Notes: generated by a model not told the origin, from the sequence alone. A stretch of 61,064 nucleotides of DNA from Vampirovibrionaceae bacterium NZW_1234 (GCA_041697335.1 JBGUGD010000017.1:1-61064), one strand, 5' to 3'. Shown: positions 1 through 10,283, counted from the stretch's first letter. Translations and numbers: made by a program.

Positions 1-50
1 AAAGTTTTAAGGGATAATTTTCCTGCTGGAAAATTTGTTCGAGTTTTGCT

Positions 51-347
51 TTGATGGACTTCATGATTGAAAACCAAAGATACAGAATAGTCTTGTCTGA
101 GGACTTAGGCGTTCCTTCCCCTACCATCGATTATTGGGAATATCAGGAGGAGATGGAAGCCAAAAAGGTCTTTAAACGTATGAATGTACCTTCAGGATAT
201 CAACTTACCTTATGGAAACTTGAACCAAAGGAGCAGATGGTCATGGGTTTCGTACATCTTCCCTATTGGCATAAGATTGCACAAGAATCGGTTTCTCGGA
301 GTTCCCATGAAGTTTCTGTTATTTGTCTTAACTACCTCTCTTACTAG
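51..347 (+). CDS. hypothetical protein (98 aa) in AT-rich island
   Basis: Open frame in the ORF track; no recognisable motif. Confidence 0.35.
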   Translation: MMDFMIENQRYRIVLSEDLGVPSPTIDYWEYQEEMEAKKVFKRMNVPSGYQLTLWKLEPKEQMVMGFVHLPYWHKIAQESVSRSSHEVSVICLNYLSY

Positions 348-543
348 TTCTGCCTACGCTGATAAAGTCCGCAAGGTATCAGGCGGTGACACCTTCAACC
401 TATGACCTAAGAAACGGGGCTTGAAGCTGAACAAGTACCAAGAATACGCTAAAGCCAAGAGAGTTGGAGTTTGGAGGCTACCTAATGCGGGTGTTAGGCC
501 TTTGGGTTACCGTAAATCCCTTTTAAAAGGTATGATGTGCTAA
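307..543 (+). pseudogene. thermonuclease (SNase-like) remnant with large internal deletion
   Basis: Signal-peptide-like MKFLLFVLTTSLTSSAYA then KVRKVSGGDTF (SNase N-terminal V..V.DGDT-like) and a stop at 403-405; from 421, YQEYAKAKRVGVWRLPNAGVRPLGYRK resembles the SNase C-terminal A..A...G.W....P..YR motif; the catalytic middle is missing. Confidence 0.55.
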
Positions 544-558
544 GTTAATTAACCCCAC

Positions 559-1128
559 TTGGAGTCCAAAATAATGGTGATACCAGACTACGACGAGTCA
601 AATGTTACGGATGATAAAGCGAGTTTTATACTTCAACAGGCCAAAGACAGCTTGAAGCATACTTTGGACAGTTCTGACTCTTTGGATAGAAAGACATATA
701 TCCTTATACCCGTTCTGCTAACATTGATAACAGCCTTGCTCAGTTTTGAATTCAAACAACTGAACTTTAGTACAACGATACCTGGGGAAAAATGGCCCTT
801 ACTGCTAGGCGTTGCAACGTTAGTAATAGGCCTATTCTGGAGCTTCAGAAGCATAACAGAAAACGTTAAGCCAATGAACTACCAATCAATGGGTAAAGCT
901 CCGGCATTATTGATCAAAGATGAATTTCTCAAATGCGACCTAAAAGAAATTGTAATGGGAGAAGCAGAGAGCTACCAGGATAGGATTGAACAGAATGATG
1001 CTGTCAATGAAAAGAAAGCAAAGAACATTCGTAATTCTATTGAGACGGCCTTGTATAGTGTTCTTTGGGCGATTTTTGTCTTCACTGTGGCTAGTCTGAT
1101 GTTTTCCGGGGTTTGCCACTCTCGTTAG
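559..1128 (+). CDS. three-transmembrane protein, architecture like Pycsar-effector (PycTM)-type membrane proteins
   Basis: LDRK before TM1, TM2 followed by a Pro, soluble segment, N..V..KK before a C-terminal TM3. Confidence 0.55.
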   Translation: MESKIMVIPDYDESNVTDDKASFILQQAKDSLKHTLDSSDSLDRKTYILIPVLLTLITALLSFEFKQLNFSTTIPGEKWPLLLGVATLVIGLFWSFRSITENVKPMNYQSMGKAPALLIKDEFLKCDLKEIVMGEAESYQDRIEQNDAVNEKKAKNIRNSIETALYSVLWAIFVFTVASLMFSGVCHSR

Positions 1129-1479
1129 GGATAGTCAGTCTATTTGGTTGGGTATTCTTTTGAACTCGCTGCTGATCATTGTTTGGTCCTGGTACATATG
1201 TTCCTGTGTCTCGAACAAAACGCCCTTGTTGTAAAGGTTTCTGAGGTTGGTTATTGCAGGATTTTTTATCGGTCATTGATTGCACCTCTCTTATATCAAA
1301 GTAAGTCTATTTCTATTTTAATACTTTCCGAGTGCGAGAACAGTATGTCCATCACTGTTTTGTTACATATAAGTTATGAGATAGTGAATTCAAAAAAACT
1401 TCTAATCCTATTAAGGATACATATTTCCTATCTGCATAGGTTAAAATTAGCTTTTTAGAGCCAATGAGAGGGTAGCATA

Positions 1480-1710
1480 ATGAACAACTATAAGAACAGG
1501 TACACAATTACCCGTAAAGAGCTTCAAGAAATCATGCAAGAGCTTATCAGAAGTGCTAATGCAACCATCTTAGATAATGAAGAGGTCATTATACCTGGAA
1601 CGAATGTCCGAATTGCAAGTGGATTGATCAAAAAAGACGAGGAGTTAGATAAAACTCTTTTGTCTGCATTGCAATTCTTTCATAAGAAGCCAATTGAAAT
1701 CGTGGATTAA
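1480..1710 (+). CDS. hypothetical protein (76 aa)
   Basis: ATG preceded by GAGAGGG; plausible helical composition. Confidence 0.5.
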   Translation: MNNYKNRYTITRKELQEIMQELIRSANATILDNEEVIIPGTNVRIASGLIKKDEELDKTLLSALQFFHKKPIEIVD

Positions 1711-2340
1711 TCCCAACCCTTCATGGCTTCTATAACCTCTGCTGAGTAGTCATGTAGTAGCCCATCGTAGTTTTATTGTCCGAATGGCCTCAGGTAAGTA
1801 GCGGCAGAGAGTGGTCGGCCTTTGGTTGCGTTGAGTGTAGTGAAAGCATTTTTCTGGTTAGGTGGCTTAAAATGACAACTATTGAATAGTCTTTCAGGGC
1901 TGAACTAGGTTAAGAACGCCTATAGAAAGGTTTAGAAACGCTGGGATGGGGGAATAATACGTCATGACAGTTTTTTACAACTCAAAAGCGGTTCCCGAGA
2001 AAGGAAAAATGACCAACCTGGACCTGATTTAAATTCGACAAACCGCGACGATTCGCGTCGGATCGACGGTTTTTAAAACGGAAAACCTGGAAAATGCCTG
2101 ATATGACAGCGTTTATCTTGGATCACCACTAGCCAAAACGACGCGAAACCGACGTTATTTTGACGGGCAGCTGCCGCGTCGACGACGATCAACAGTCGAT
2201 GGCGAGGGTATTCGGGGAGCCTCCAAGCCACAGGCAGAGGCCACCCAAGAAATCGGCCCAGCAGACCCGCACTGCCAAAAATCGAGTTCAGCAAACCACC
2301 AGCCGGTTAAGCCGATAGCACACTATTGCATTTTGAAGAG

Positions 2341-2429
2341 TGGCGGACAGGGCGAGATTCGAACTCGCGGTGGCTCATCACCACACAGTCTTTCCAGGAC
2401 TGCACCATAGACCACTCGGACACCTGTCC
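2341..2429 (-). tRNA. tRNA-Ser (GGA)
   Basis: Acceptor stem GGACAGG/CCTGTCC, anticodon arm CAGTC-CTGGAAA-GACTG, long variable arm, GTTCGAATC T-loop, encoded CCA. Confidence 0.97.
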
Positions 2430-2543
2430 GCGAGATGACTAAGATTATTTCACAGGTCCAGAATGAAATTCAATCTCCAACTTGAATTAAATTTGAATGG
2501 GGCTTCTTAAACCCCGCCTATTTCAGGGAGTGAGCCGGTGCGT

Positions 2544-2579
2544 AAAAAGAAACCGCCCTTGTGGACTGACAAAGGCGGC
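2544..2579 (-). terminator. intrinsic terminator
   Basis: Minus strand GCCGCCTTTGT-loop-ACAAGGGCGGT followed by TTCTTTTT, just after the 2610 stop. Confidence 0.75.
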
Positions 2580-2609
2580 TTAATGGTTATGCAGAGTGAC
2601 TTGGAACGT

Positions 2610-4067
2610 CTATTTGGATTCGGGGACCACGAACGACCCACCCCAAATGGCTTTCTGATCCCACTTCTTGAAGGCCTTGGCAAAGGAATCCATATCTTTT
2701 TCGGTGACTTCACCCTTGGGCGTCACGAAGTACACCACCGTCACACGGATGGGCTCTTCCGCCCGCTGGTTCTGATAGCCGCTGCCGACGTTGTACTTGC
2801 CTTCGCTTTCACCGTGCCCAATGGCGACTTTGGCGAGCCCGGCCGAGGTGGCCATGGTCTTCCGGACCGGGGCGGCTTCCATCGCGTCGAACGCAGCGGT
2901 AGCCAGCATGGGTCCTGCCCCTAACGGCATAATGGGGCCTCCCCAAGAGGGCCAACGGGGGCTCGGCGGGGTACCCATGTTCGAGAGTTGCAAGTTACGG
3001 GCATCCTCTTTCAACGGGACTTGGATGAGGTAGTAGCGCTGGACATCCACATCCATCCCCTGGGACTTGAGTTCTTTTTCCATAGCCACCAAGTCCGGGC
3101 GATCTTCGGCACGGCTGGCGGTAAAGGGTGCTTTTTTTCCATTGATGTTGGCATACAGCAGCTGATGGCCGCCCTTGCCCACGACGGCATTGAAGCTGCC
3201 CTCAATCACATCGGTAATCACCATGGTATTGGAGCCATAGGGAAAGACGCTGAAGTTGAAGGCCACCCGGGGCGGTTTGCCTTCTTTCGAGGCCCCTTTC
3301 ATGTCCTTGGACGGGACCGGCACCACCGCAAACTGGTTCGAGACAATCACGTTCTTATCGTGCTGCTCCGAGGCCAAACCCAATTCCTTGAGCCGCTCGG
3401 CCAACGTAACCTCTTTGGTCTTTCCCCGGACCTTGGTGTGGATTTTGATGTTTTCCGAGGGCACCACCAGGACTTTGTCCCTGAAATTGCTATCCCGGCG
3501 AACCGATAAAGCCAGTTCGGCGGACTGAGGGTCGGCTTCGTTCCGGCGCACCCAGATGCCGACATCGCTGATGCGCTTGCCCACCGAGCTGCCTTGATCC
3601 CGGTCGATGTCTTCCCAGGAAATCTTCACCGGCGAGAACTTTTGCTTGGCGGTCAGGGCCAGGAATTGCCGATTCTGGTTCAGGCCCACGGTTTTTGTAA
3701 AATACTCCTCCCACGCCAGGACGGGGCGGCTGCCGGGGGTGCCGCCATTGGCAATGGTTTTCAGGGCGCTTACAATGCGATCTTTTCCGGTGGTATCCAC
3801 CGTAAGGTCCAGTTTCAGGTCCTGCGCAATCTGAATGGCCGTAAAATCGACCTGGCTGCTGTGGTTGGGGTGGGTTTTGATGACCTCGACGGCATGCGTG
3901 ACCCGAGGTTTGATGGTTTTGACTTGCTGGGGACTCAGCCTGAAATTCTGTTGCTCAAAAGCGGATTTAATCTGCGAGTTCAGCTCGTTTTTGCGACCGC
4001 CAAATGCGGGCTGGGTCATATAGCTTTTGCGAGGGCAAAGTGTTGCCGGTGTTGACTGGAGGTACAT
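2610..4067 (-). CDS. conserved hypothetical protein (485 aa) with N-terminal leader ending PAFG
   Basis: Long ORF with GC3-rich codons; AAAGGAG upstream of ATG 4067 (the track start at 4226 looks over-extended). Confidence 0.85.
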   Translation of the reverse strand: MYLQSTPATLCPRKSYMTQPAFGGRKNELNSQIKSAFEQQNFRLSPQQVKTIKPRVTHAVEVIKTHPNHSSQVDFTAIQIAQDLKLDLTVDTTGKDRIVSALKTIANGGTPGSRPVLAWEEYFTKTVGLNQNRQFLALTAKQKFSPVKISWEDIDRDQGSSVGKRISDVGIWVRRNEADPQSAELALSVRRDSNFRDKVLVVPSENIKIHTKVRGKTKEVTLAERLKELGLASEQHDKNVIVSNQFAVVPVPSKDMKGASKEGKPPRVAFNFSVFPYGSNTMVITDVIEGSFNAVVGKGGHQLLYANINGKKAPFTASRAEDRPDLVAMEKELKSQGMDVDVQRYYLIQVPLKEDARNLQLSNMGTPPSPRWPSWGGPIMPLGAGPMLATAAFDAMEAAPVRKTMATSAGLAKVAIGHGESEGKYNVGSGYQNQRAEEPIRVTVVYFVTPKGEVTEKDMDSFAKAFKKWDQKAIWGGSFVVPESK

Positions 4068-4316
4068 GCACTCATCTCCTTTGAAATACCATCGGGTGAC
4101 GTTAAGGGCCGATGGCATCCTAAATGGACCGAAGCGCGGGGTCAATGAGAAAAATTGTTTATTCAATAAAACGTAATAAAATTTAACGTTCTTTGTATTT
4201 TGCTGGTCGGGTTTCTCATACTGCATCGGATCTCATGGTCAGGTTGCCAATAGAATGCACCCTTGAAATCGGGGATAATACGGCGCACTGGGAAGCACGT
4301 TAGGGAGGAATGGTTT

Positions 4317-4694
4317 ATGGATGAGCGTGAGGCAGAACGCCAGTTTAGCCCGGGACAGTACGAAGGGCCTGCTGATGAGCTTGAAAAAGGCATTAACCCT
4401 CAAGATAGCCCTGGAAGCACCCAGCCGGACACGTTGGCCGGAACACCAGGCAGGATGGCCGGTGGACAATTCGGTCGTGAGCCGGGCTACCCAAGTCGGG
4501 TTCCGCCCTATGGCAATGTCGGTGTCGACGTTACCCCGGAAGGTACCGATGGTGGTGGGCCGACAGGGACCACCACAGGCAGCCGAACCGGCAGCACCGC
4601 CCATGGGCAAATCGGCGGGATGACCCAATACAATCGGGAGCTGGAACCGGGCCAACTGCCGCGGGATGAAGACAGTGACCGGGGCGAAGAATAG
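4317..4694 (+). CDS. Gly/Thr/Glu-rich disordered (hydrophilin-like) protein
   Basis: GGGAGG RBS before ATG 4317; low-complexity hydrophilic sequence. Confidence 0.65.
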   Translation: MDEREAERQFSPGQYEGPADELEKGINPQDSPGSTQPDTLAGTPGRMAGGQFGREPGYPSRVPPYGNVGVDVTPEGTDGGGPTGTTTGSRTGSTAHGQIGGMTQYNRELEPGQLPRDEDSDRGEE

Positions 4695-4720
4695 AGGGCT
4701 ATTGCCAATCTCAACACCAC

Positions 4721-4954
4721 TTAAAAGGGTGGTTGTTGATATTGCCCGAAGCGCTTTTGCGTCCGAGTACTGAGCCTGATGCAGACGCTCTCAAGATAAG
4801 CTTCGGCAGAAACACGGCAGGAAAAGCATTTCTCAAGCGACTCGCCTGAGGCTAAATACGGAATATACCCTTGCGGAACACGCAAGAGATAGCCGATTTC
4901 GATGCCCAGGCCGCTGTATATCGGAATGCGTGTTTCCCGCTGCTGGTTCTTCAT
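4721..4954 (-). CDS. hypothetical protein (77 aa)
   Basis: ATG with upstream GAAGAGGG; no motif. Confidence 0.5.
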   Translation of the reverse strand: MKNQQRETRIPIYSGLGIEIGYLLRVPQGYIPYLASGESLEKCFSCRVSAEAYLESVCIRLSTRTQKRFGQYQQPPF

Positions 4955-5094
4955 TCAAGACCCTCTTCAGACAATGCCTGATCCCATTATTAAATCTTAT
5001 TATGAGACACTTCGACGTGTATTTGGGTGATTTGTTGAAGGAAGAGTCTTAAATATTCATTAATAAATCCGGTGCAGATGGGGCTGGTTGAATC

Positions 5095-6294
5095 CTAGTC
5101 ATCGCTGCCGACCCCGGGACGGCGGACTTTATAGGTGAGTATGGGGCGAAACGATGCAATGACCCGAATGAGCCCATGCTGTTTCAAATCATCGATAACA
5201 CGCTCGATATTTTTATAGGCCTCTGGGGCTTCTTCATACAGCATATCTTTGTCTTCGCAGATCACCCGCCCGCCCAGCGCGGTTCGGGTCAGTTGCTCCG
5301 GAGAGAAGAGTTTGCTCAGTTTGTCTCGTAAGCCGGTTCGGGCCGCTTTTCGGCCAGCCCCATGGGCCAGGGACTTCAGGTTGACTTCGCCATCGCCCAC
5401 AGGCTCAACCAGGTAGGATAGCGTCCCTCTCGATCCCGGGATCATCAGCACCCCCCGATCTGCCGGGGCGGCGCCTTTGCGATGGAGCCACACGTTTCGC
5501 CCTGCAATCAAAGCGGGCTCCAGCAGGTTATGGCAGTTGTTCATCACCAGCTTGGCTTTGGCTTTCAGGGCTTCAAACAGTCGTTCTGCGATGAGGCTGC
5601 GATTGGCAAAAGCCCATTTCACGCCATTGTTATGGGCCTTTAGATAAGCTGCCGCTTCCGGCGAGTTCTCCGGGATGCCTTGTGTGCCGCGCTGACTTAA
5701 AACCCCGTCCAGCACATGTTGACCATAGCCGCGAGAACCGCTATGGATGAGGCTGAATACTCCTTTGGGATCCAGGCCGAGTTCTGCAAACCGCTGGGGA
5801 TCTTCGATTTGGTTGACCACCTGCAATTCCGCAAAATGGTTTCCGCCGCCAATAGTGCCTAAATCCTTGTCAAACGGTGTGGACTCTGCCTCGTGCCGGT
5901 TTAGCCATTCCGCAATATCCCCGTCCCATTGATCTTCCAGTCCGGAGAGCTTGCGCTCCAGCTTGTCCAGCTTCACGTCTTTTTGCTTCAGGCCGGATTG
6001 AAACAGGCTCATGCCACAGCCAATGTCGTTGCCGATAAGATGGGGGTAAATCTGATCGGCTGTTGCAAAGACCGCCCCATTGGGAATCCCTCGTGAGGGA
6101 TGCAGATCGGGCATCCCGGCAGCGTGGACCATCCCGGGCAATGTGGCGACCTGCTTCAGCTGGGTCACGGCCATCGGATCGACCCAGTTTCGATTCGAGG
6201 CAAACACCTTGATCGAACAAGGGGCCGTCTGGGTGTCACTTGAAAATCGAGGCGAAGATTGTGGGCGGATGGATGACAGGAACATCGGTTTCAC
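5095..6294 (-). CDS. rtcB: RtcB-family RNA ligase, short RtcB2 (release-factor-H-coupled) type
   Basis: Motifs MPDLHP, GNDIGCG, LGTIGGGNHFAE, HSGSRG, HRKGA, HGAGR, EEAPEAYK; start may be ATG 6285. Confidence 0.93.
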   Translation of the reverse strand: MKPMFLSSIRPQSSPRFSSDTQTAPCSIKVFASNRNWVDPMAVTQLKQVATLPGMVHAAGMPDLHPSRGIPNGAVFATADQIYPHLIGNDIGCGMSLFQSGLKQKDVKLDKLERKLSGLEDQWDGDIAEWLNRHEAESTPFDKDLGTIGGGNHFAELQVVNQIEDPQRFAELGLDPKGVFSLIHSGSRGYGQHVLDGVLSQRGTQGIPENSPEAAAYLKAHNNGVKWAFANRSLIAERLFEALKAKAKLVMNNCHNLLEPALIAGRNVWLHRKGAAPADRGVLMIPGSRGTLSYLVEPVGDGEVNLKSLAHGAGRKAARTGLRDKLSKLFSPEQLTRTALGGRVICEDKDMLYEEAPEAYKNIERVIDDLKQHGLIRVIASFRPILTYKVRRPGVGSDD

Positions 6295-6385
6295 AACTCC
6301 AAGGCGGTGTGTTCTGTGCCTTTAAAACACTCCTCAATCCTCAAAATTGCGTCGAAAAGATAGCAATATTATAACGTACTGAAAA

Positions 6386-7516
6386 TCACGCCGTTTCCTG
6401 TTCCCAGCGGGACTTGGTGCTGATAAATTCCGTTAAATCTTGAAGACGCAGGATGCCCAAAAGCCGATTGTCAATGGTAATGATAAGGCTTGTTTGCCCA
6501 CTGGACTGCATCTTTTCCAGGGCTTCGGAAACATCGCTTTGCGGTGTGGCTTGGGCATCCACGGGGCATGATTTCGCCAGGTCCGAAACATGATGTTTGG
6601 TCCATTCCCGGTGTGGAAGTCGCTTGATCTTGTTAATGTCCACACAACCCTTGAGTTCGCCGTCCTCAACAATGGGAACCGTGCTGGGCTGATGCCGGTA
6701 AACGATATTCTCTACAAAATCAGAAAGTGTCATGTTGGGCGGAACCGTAATGGGATTGGTTTGCATGAACTGACTGACAGGCAAGCCCTTCAAGTATTGC
6801 CGTACTTTTAACTGTTCGTAAGCACCGTTGGCCGACATACGTAAAAACGCACCCAATAAAATCCACCACAAACCGCCAACAAATAAGCCGGTGGCAATGC
6901 TCACCAAGCCCAGGATGATCAATGCCCAGGCAAACCAGGCTCCCATACGAGAGGCAATTTTGGTTGCCCAGTCCAGTTGCCCTTTCCATTGCCATAAAAT
7001 CGAGCGAAGAATACGCCCGCCATCTAAGGGAAAGGCCGGTACAAGATTAAAGATGGCCAGAACCAGGTTTATCATCCCCAGATATTGGCTGAGCGCAATC
7101 AGGGGAATCGGTAGTATCGATTGACTGGCAATAATATAGAACAGCCCGGATAAAACAAAGCTGGTGATGGGACCGGCTATTGCGATCCAAAATTCCGATT
7201 TGGGACTGGAGGGCTCTTTAACCAGTTCTGCTGCACCACCAAAAAGAAATAACGTGATACCCTGGACACCCAAACCATAGCGTCTGGCAACCAGCGAATG
7301 GCAGAACTCGTGAATAATGACCGAGGCAAACAACCCGAGAGCTCCGGCAATACCTAATACCCAATACGTATTATTTGCGAGGCTCGGGTAGTTATTCGGA
7401 AAATACCCTGCTGCTAGGCTCCAGGTAACCAGTGCAACAATAATAAACCAGCTGGGATGTAACCGAATCGGAAATCCGAAGACTTTAAAACTCCGCTTTT
7501 CTGCTTCAGTAGTCAT
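6386..7516 (-). CDS. site-2 protease (peptidase M50) with C-terminal CBS pair
   Basis: HEFCH, IAIAGP and FNLVPAFPLDGG motifs, multiple TMs, CBS-like C-terminus. Confidence 0.93.
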   Translation of the reverse strand: MTTEAEKRSFKVFGFPIRLHPSWFIIVALVTWSLAAGYFPNNYPSLANNTYWVLGIAGALGLFASVIIHEFCHSLVARRYGLGVQGITLFLFGGAAELVKEPSSPKSEFWIAIAGPITSFVLSGLFYIIASQSILPIPLIALSQYLGMINLVLAIFNLVPAFPLDGGRILRSILWQWKGQLDWATKIASRMGAWFAWALIILGLVSIATGLFVGGLWWILLGAFLRMSANGAYEQLKVRQYLKGLPVSQFMQTNPITVPPNMTLSDFVENIVYRHQPSTVPIVEDGELKGCVDINKIKRLPHREWTKHHVSDLAKSCPVDAQATPQSDVSEALEKMQSSGQTSLIITIDNRLLGILRLQDLTEFISTKSRWEQETA

Positions 7517-7692
7517 AAATTCGCTTCTCCCCTCTCCTGGTGTTTATTCTACCTGAGGTGATTGGGGCAATGTATTGGTTAGTATTGCTAAATCGATGTG
7601 ATGGCTCAGGACTAATAAATACGGTAAGAACCCGGTAAAACGCAAAGGCAATGACCGGGTTCTTACTATTAATAATACAAACTGTTCTCTTA

Positions 7693-8337
7693 CTAGGGAT
7701 AGGTCGCTTGAACAACCCCATTTTCATCTAATAGCATTTCAGAGGTTCCAATGGTTACGGTTCGCCAGCCCGCTGGCACTTGTCCGGTGGGCATTGCAAC
7801 GGTTCTTTCATTCCCCGGGCCCAATACGGCTGTTTGCTCCGATACTGGTGCTAGAGGGACACTGAAGGCCAAGGGTGCCGGGACCGTATCCGGAATATTG
7901 GCGATATCTGTCGTTGGTGTTGTCCCCAGGTTAAATGTGACCGTGGGCGAGTAGTTGTCTTCCAGGTCCGGCATCCGAACTTGCTTGTCAATCACAAGAA
8001 TTTGCGCCCCTTTGGCTACGGCTATTTTATTGGGGTGTGGTGTCAGGTTGCCGCTGGCATCGCGCATCATAATTTCAGGTTGGTTTTGCTGATTGATGGA
8101 CAACACCTCATTGGCATCAAACTCATGTGAATAGTGAAGATCCACGCCCCCATCGTTGCGGGGAGTGACTTCAACAATTTCAACACCACTGCTGAAATAA
8201 AAATCTTGATTACTGATACCGTTACTGCTGGAGATTCTACCTTGTGCCCATGCCAATGGGCTGGAGAGCAAGGTAATACTTCCCAGCGCAACCAAGGCCG
8301 TGGGTATAATTCGCATATTCATGACGCGCTTCCTCAT
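7693..8337 (-). CDS. secreted hypothetical protein
   Basis: Sec-type signal MRIIPTALVALGSITLLSSPLAWA; beta-rich mature region. Confidence 0.7.
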   Translation of the reverse strand: MRKRVMNMRIIPTALVALGSITLLSSPLAWAQGRISSSNGISNQDFYFSSGVEIVEVTPRNDGGVDLHYSHEFDANEVLSINQQNQPEIMMRDASGNLTPHPNKIAVAKGAQILVIDKQVRMPDLEDNYSPTVTFNLGTTPTTDIANIPDTVPAPLAFSVPLAPVSEQTAVLGPGNERTVAMPTGQVPAGWRTVTIGTSEMLLDENGVVQATYP

Positions 8338-8467
8338 TGCTCTTCTTCATGTGTATTTGCCTGTTGGGTATGCTACCCATCATAGATTTGTTTTAGTGCT
8401 TTACCCAGTATAAACGGGGATGATACGCCTTGGGGGCTACGTACTGGCTAATCCGGTTGAGGCATAT

Positions 8468-8713
8468 CTATGCCAGCCTGAGCAATTTCAATAACGCGTT
8501 TTTCAAATGAATAAGCCGGTTTCTCAACGAGGTATTCGGCTTTGGATTTAATATAGCGTCGGTTTCTTCAGGGAACTCTGCGAGGTAGCGGGCGACAATT
8601 TCGTCGTAATGTTCTCCCGTCATTTCAAGAACGCGCTGTTTATCCTTTTCAGAATAAGTAACACTGCGGCTAGGCGCTTTAAGCACGATGTTGTTGTTTC
8701 TGCCCGCTGTCAT
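8468..8713 (-). CDS. hypothetical protein (81 aa)
   Basis: ATG 8713 with AAAAGG upstream; no motif. Confidence 0.45.
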   Translation of the reverse strand: MTAGRNNNIVLKAPSRSVTYSEKDKQRVLEMTGEHYDEIVARYLAEFPEETDAILNPKPNTSLRNRLIHLKNALLKLLRLA

Positions 8714-9004
8714 GTAACCTTTTTGGCCTAAGAAACGAATCACGATAAAACGAATTCTCCCTGTCCTTACCATAATCAGCCGCCGGAGGGTCGACACTAC
8801 TATAACCGATGAGGCTGATTTTATAAAGATGAACGATTAACATTCACCCGTTCACAGATTGTCATAAGCTTAGATGAGTCCGATAGCCGATTTAACAATC
8901 CCATTCATTCGATGTGTGAGCAATGGCAAATTCGTTGTTCTTTGCCATAGTGGTATTGGATCACAAGTCATCCAAGAAAATGGTTGTGTTTGGAGGAGAA
9001 GCCA

Positions 9005-9682
9005 ATGCTCACGTTTAAGCATGGGTTTTTGCTGACCGTTGCCATGGTGTTGCTACTGTGGGGACTGGTTGCGTGTCAATCATCAGAACCCGACAGAGAC
9101 AGTTTGTCCAATCAGAAACGTGTTTCTCAAAAAGCAGACAACGAACATATGGTATCCAACCAGGCCTCTTTGGTATCTCAGGCATCTTCTTTGGCGGTCC
9201 GTCTTGAGCCTGGGAAAGATACTGCTTATTATTTACGTGAATTCTCTAAATCAGGCTATATTGTGGTGCGTGCCCATGAGTGGCAGGACGGTATCGAATT
9301 CGAGGTGCAACACCTTAGTGGCTCTCCAAAGGCGCTGGTGTTTTTGTTGAAGCCGGGGCAATTGAATCGTGTGTCTCGTATCGAAGTAATTCCAGTGCAT
9401 CACTTTCCCCATGAGTTTCCCGAGCCTCAAGGAAGAAAAGTCACTGAATTTAAACTTCAGGAAACGATCGAACAATTACCGCTCAACCAGGCGCTTCGGT
9501 ATTATTTGCCGGTGTTCCACAAACTCGGGCGGATTGAAGAATATCGTATGGAAGCGTCAGAAGCCATTTACCGGCTAGAGGTTAACGATCAGTATTATCG
9601 GGTGCGTCTGACCCTGGATCCCGAAACAAATTTAGTGAACCGGATTTTGATGGATCAACGTGTTATCCGATTTTCCAGCTAA
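9005..9682 (+). CDS. putative lipoprotein
   Basis: GGAGGAG RBS; hydrophobic leader ending in lipobox LVAC. Confidence 0.7.
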   Translation: MLTFKHGFLLTVAMVLLLWGLVACQSSEPDRDSLSNQKRVSQKADNEHMVSNQASLVSQASSLAVRLEPGKDTAYYLREFSKSGYIVVRAHEWQDGIEFEVQHLSGSPKALVFLLKPGQLNRVSRIEVIPVHHFPHEFPEPQGRKVTEFKLQETIEQLPLNQALRYYLPVFHKLGRIEEYRMEASEAIYRLEVNDQYYRVRLTLDPETNLVNRILMDQRVIRFSS

Positions 9683-9688
9683 TAAATA

Positions 9689-10123
9689 CTAATAGCCGAT
9701 TTGTCGATGCTCGTTTTGGGCAAACAAGGCTTTGACAGCAGGGCGTGTCAGTAAAAATAAAGCCCAGATTCCAAAAATAGTTCCGATGGGAATATTCAAA
9801 CATTGAAATAGTGCCACACCTATACAATAAAGCCGATGACGGCGCTGCCCAAGCCACAGGCCCGCTAATAGGTAAACAATGGCTAAGGCGGCCATGAACA
9901 TAACAAATACCGTCATGGAAGGCGGCATATTTTGGGGCCCATAGGTCTGCAGGAAGAGATTCGGGTTAATGAGGGCGATGAGTAAGAGTAAAATGGACAT
10001 GCCGCACATCAGATAAAAATACATGGACAGGATTTTTAACTGGATCACCTCTTTATCACCTTGATTCGAATAGTGCTCACGTCCACCTGATTGCTCAGAT
10101 GGTTTGTTTTCCGATGGATCCAT
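9689..10123 (-). CDS. membrane protein
   Basis: GGAGGGG RBS; three to four hydrophobic segments, P.GT..GIW.L..L motif. Confidence 0.75.
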   Translation of the reverse strand: MDPSENKPSEQSGGREHYSNQGDKEVIQLKILSMYFYLMCGMSILLLLIALINPNLFLQTYGPQNMPPSMTVFVMFMAALAIVYLLAGLWLGQRRHRLYCIGVALFQCLNIPIGTIFGIWALFLLTRPAVKALFAQNEHRQIGY

Positions 10124-10283
10124 GAAACACCCCTCCATTACATCCTGAACTTTTATTATGGGGTCATTGTCATTAATTTACCGTTCACCGGGTATCGGAT
10201 TGTGGGGGTTTTTAATTCAAGCATGATGCAATGACTCCTCACTTCAACAAGTTCGGCACACATAGAAAAGCAGAAGGGCCACA

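Noticed and set aside
2000..2340. CG-rich stretch with small hairpins next to tRNA-Ser
   Set aside because: No clean ORF, att duplication or convincing extended structure could be established by eye
4721..4954. ORF downstream of rtcB as prfH
   Set aside because: Only 77 aa with no GGQ release-factor motif
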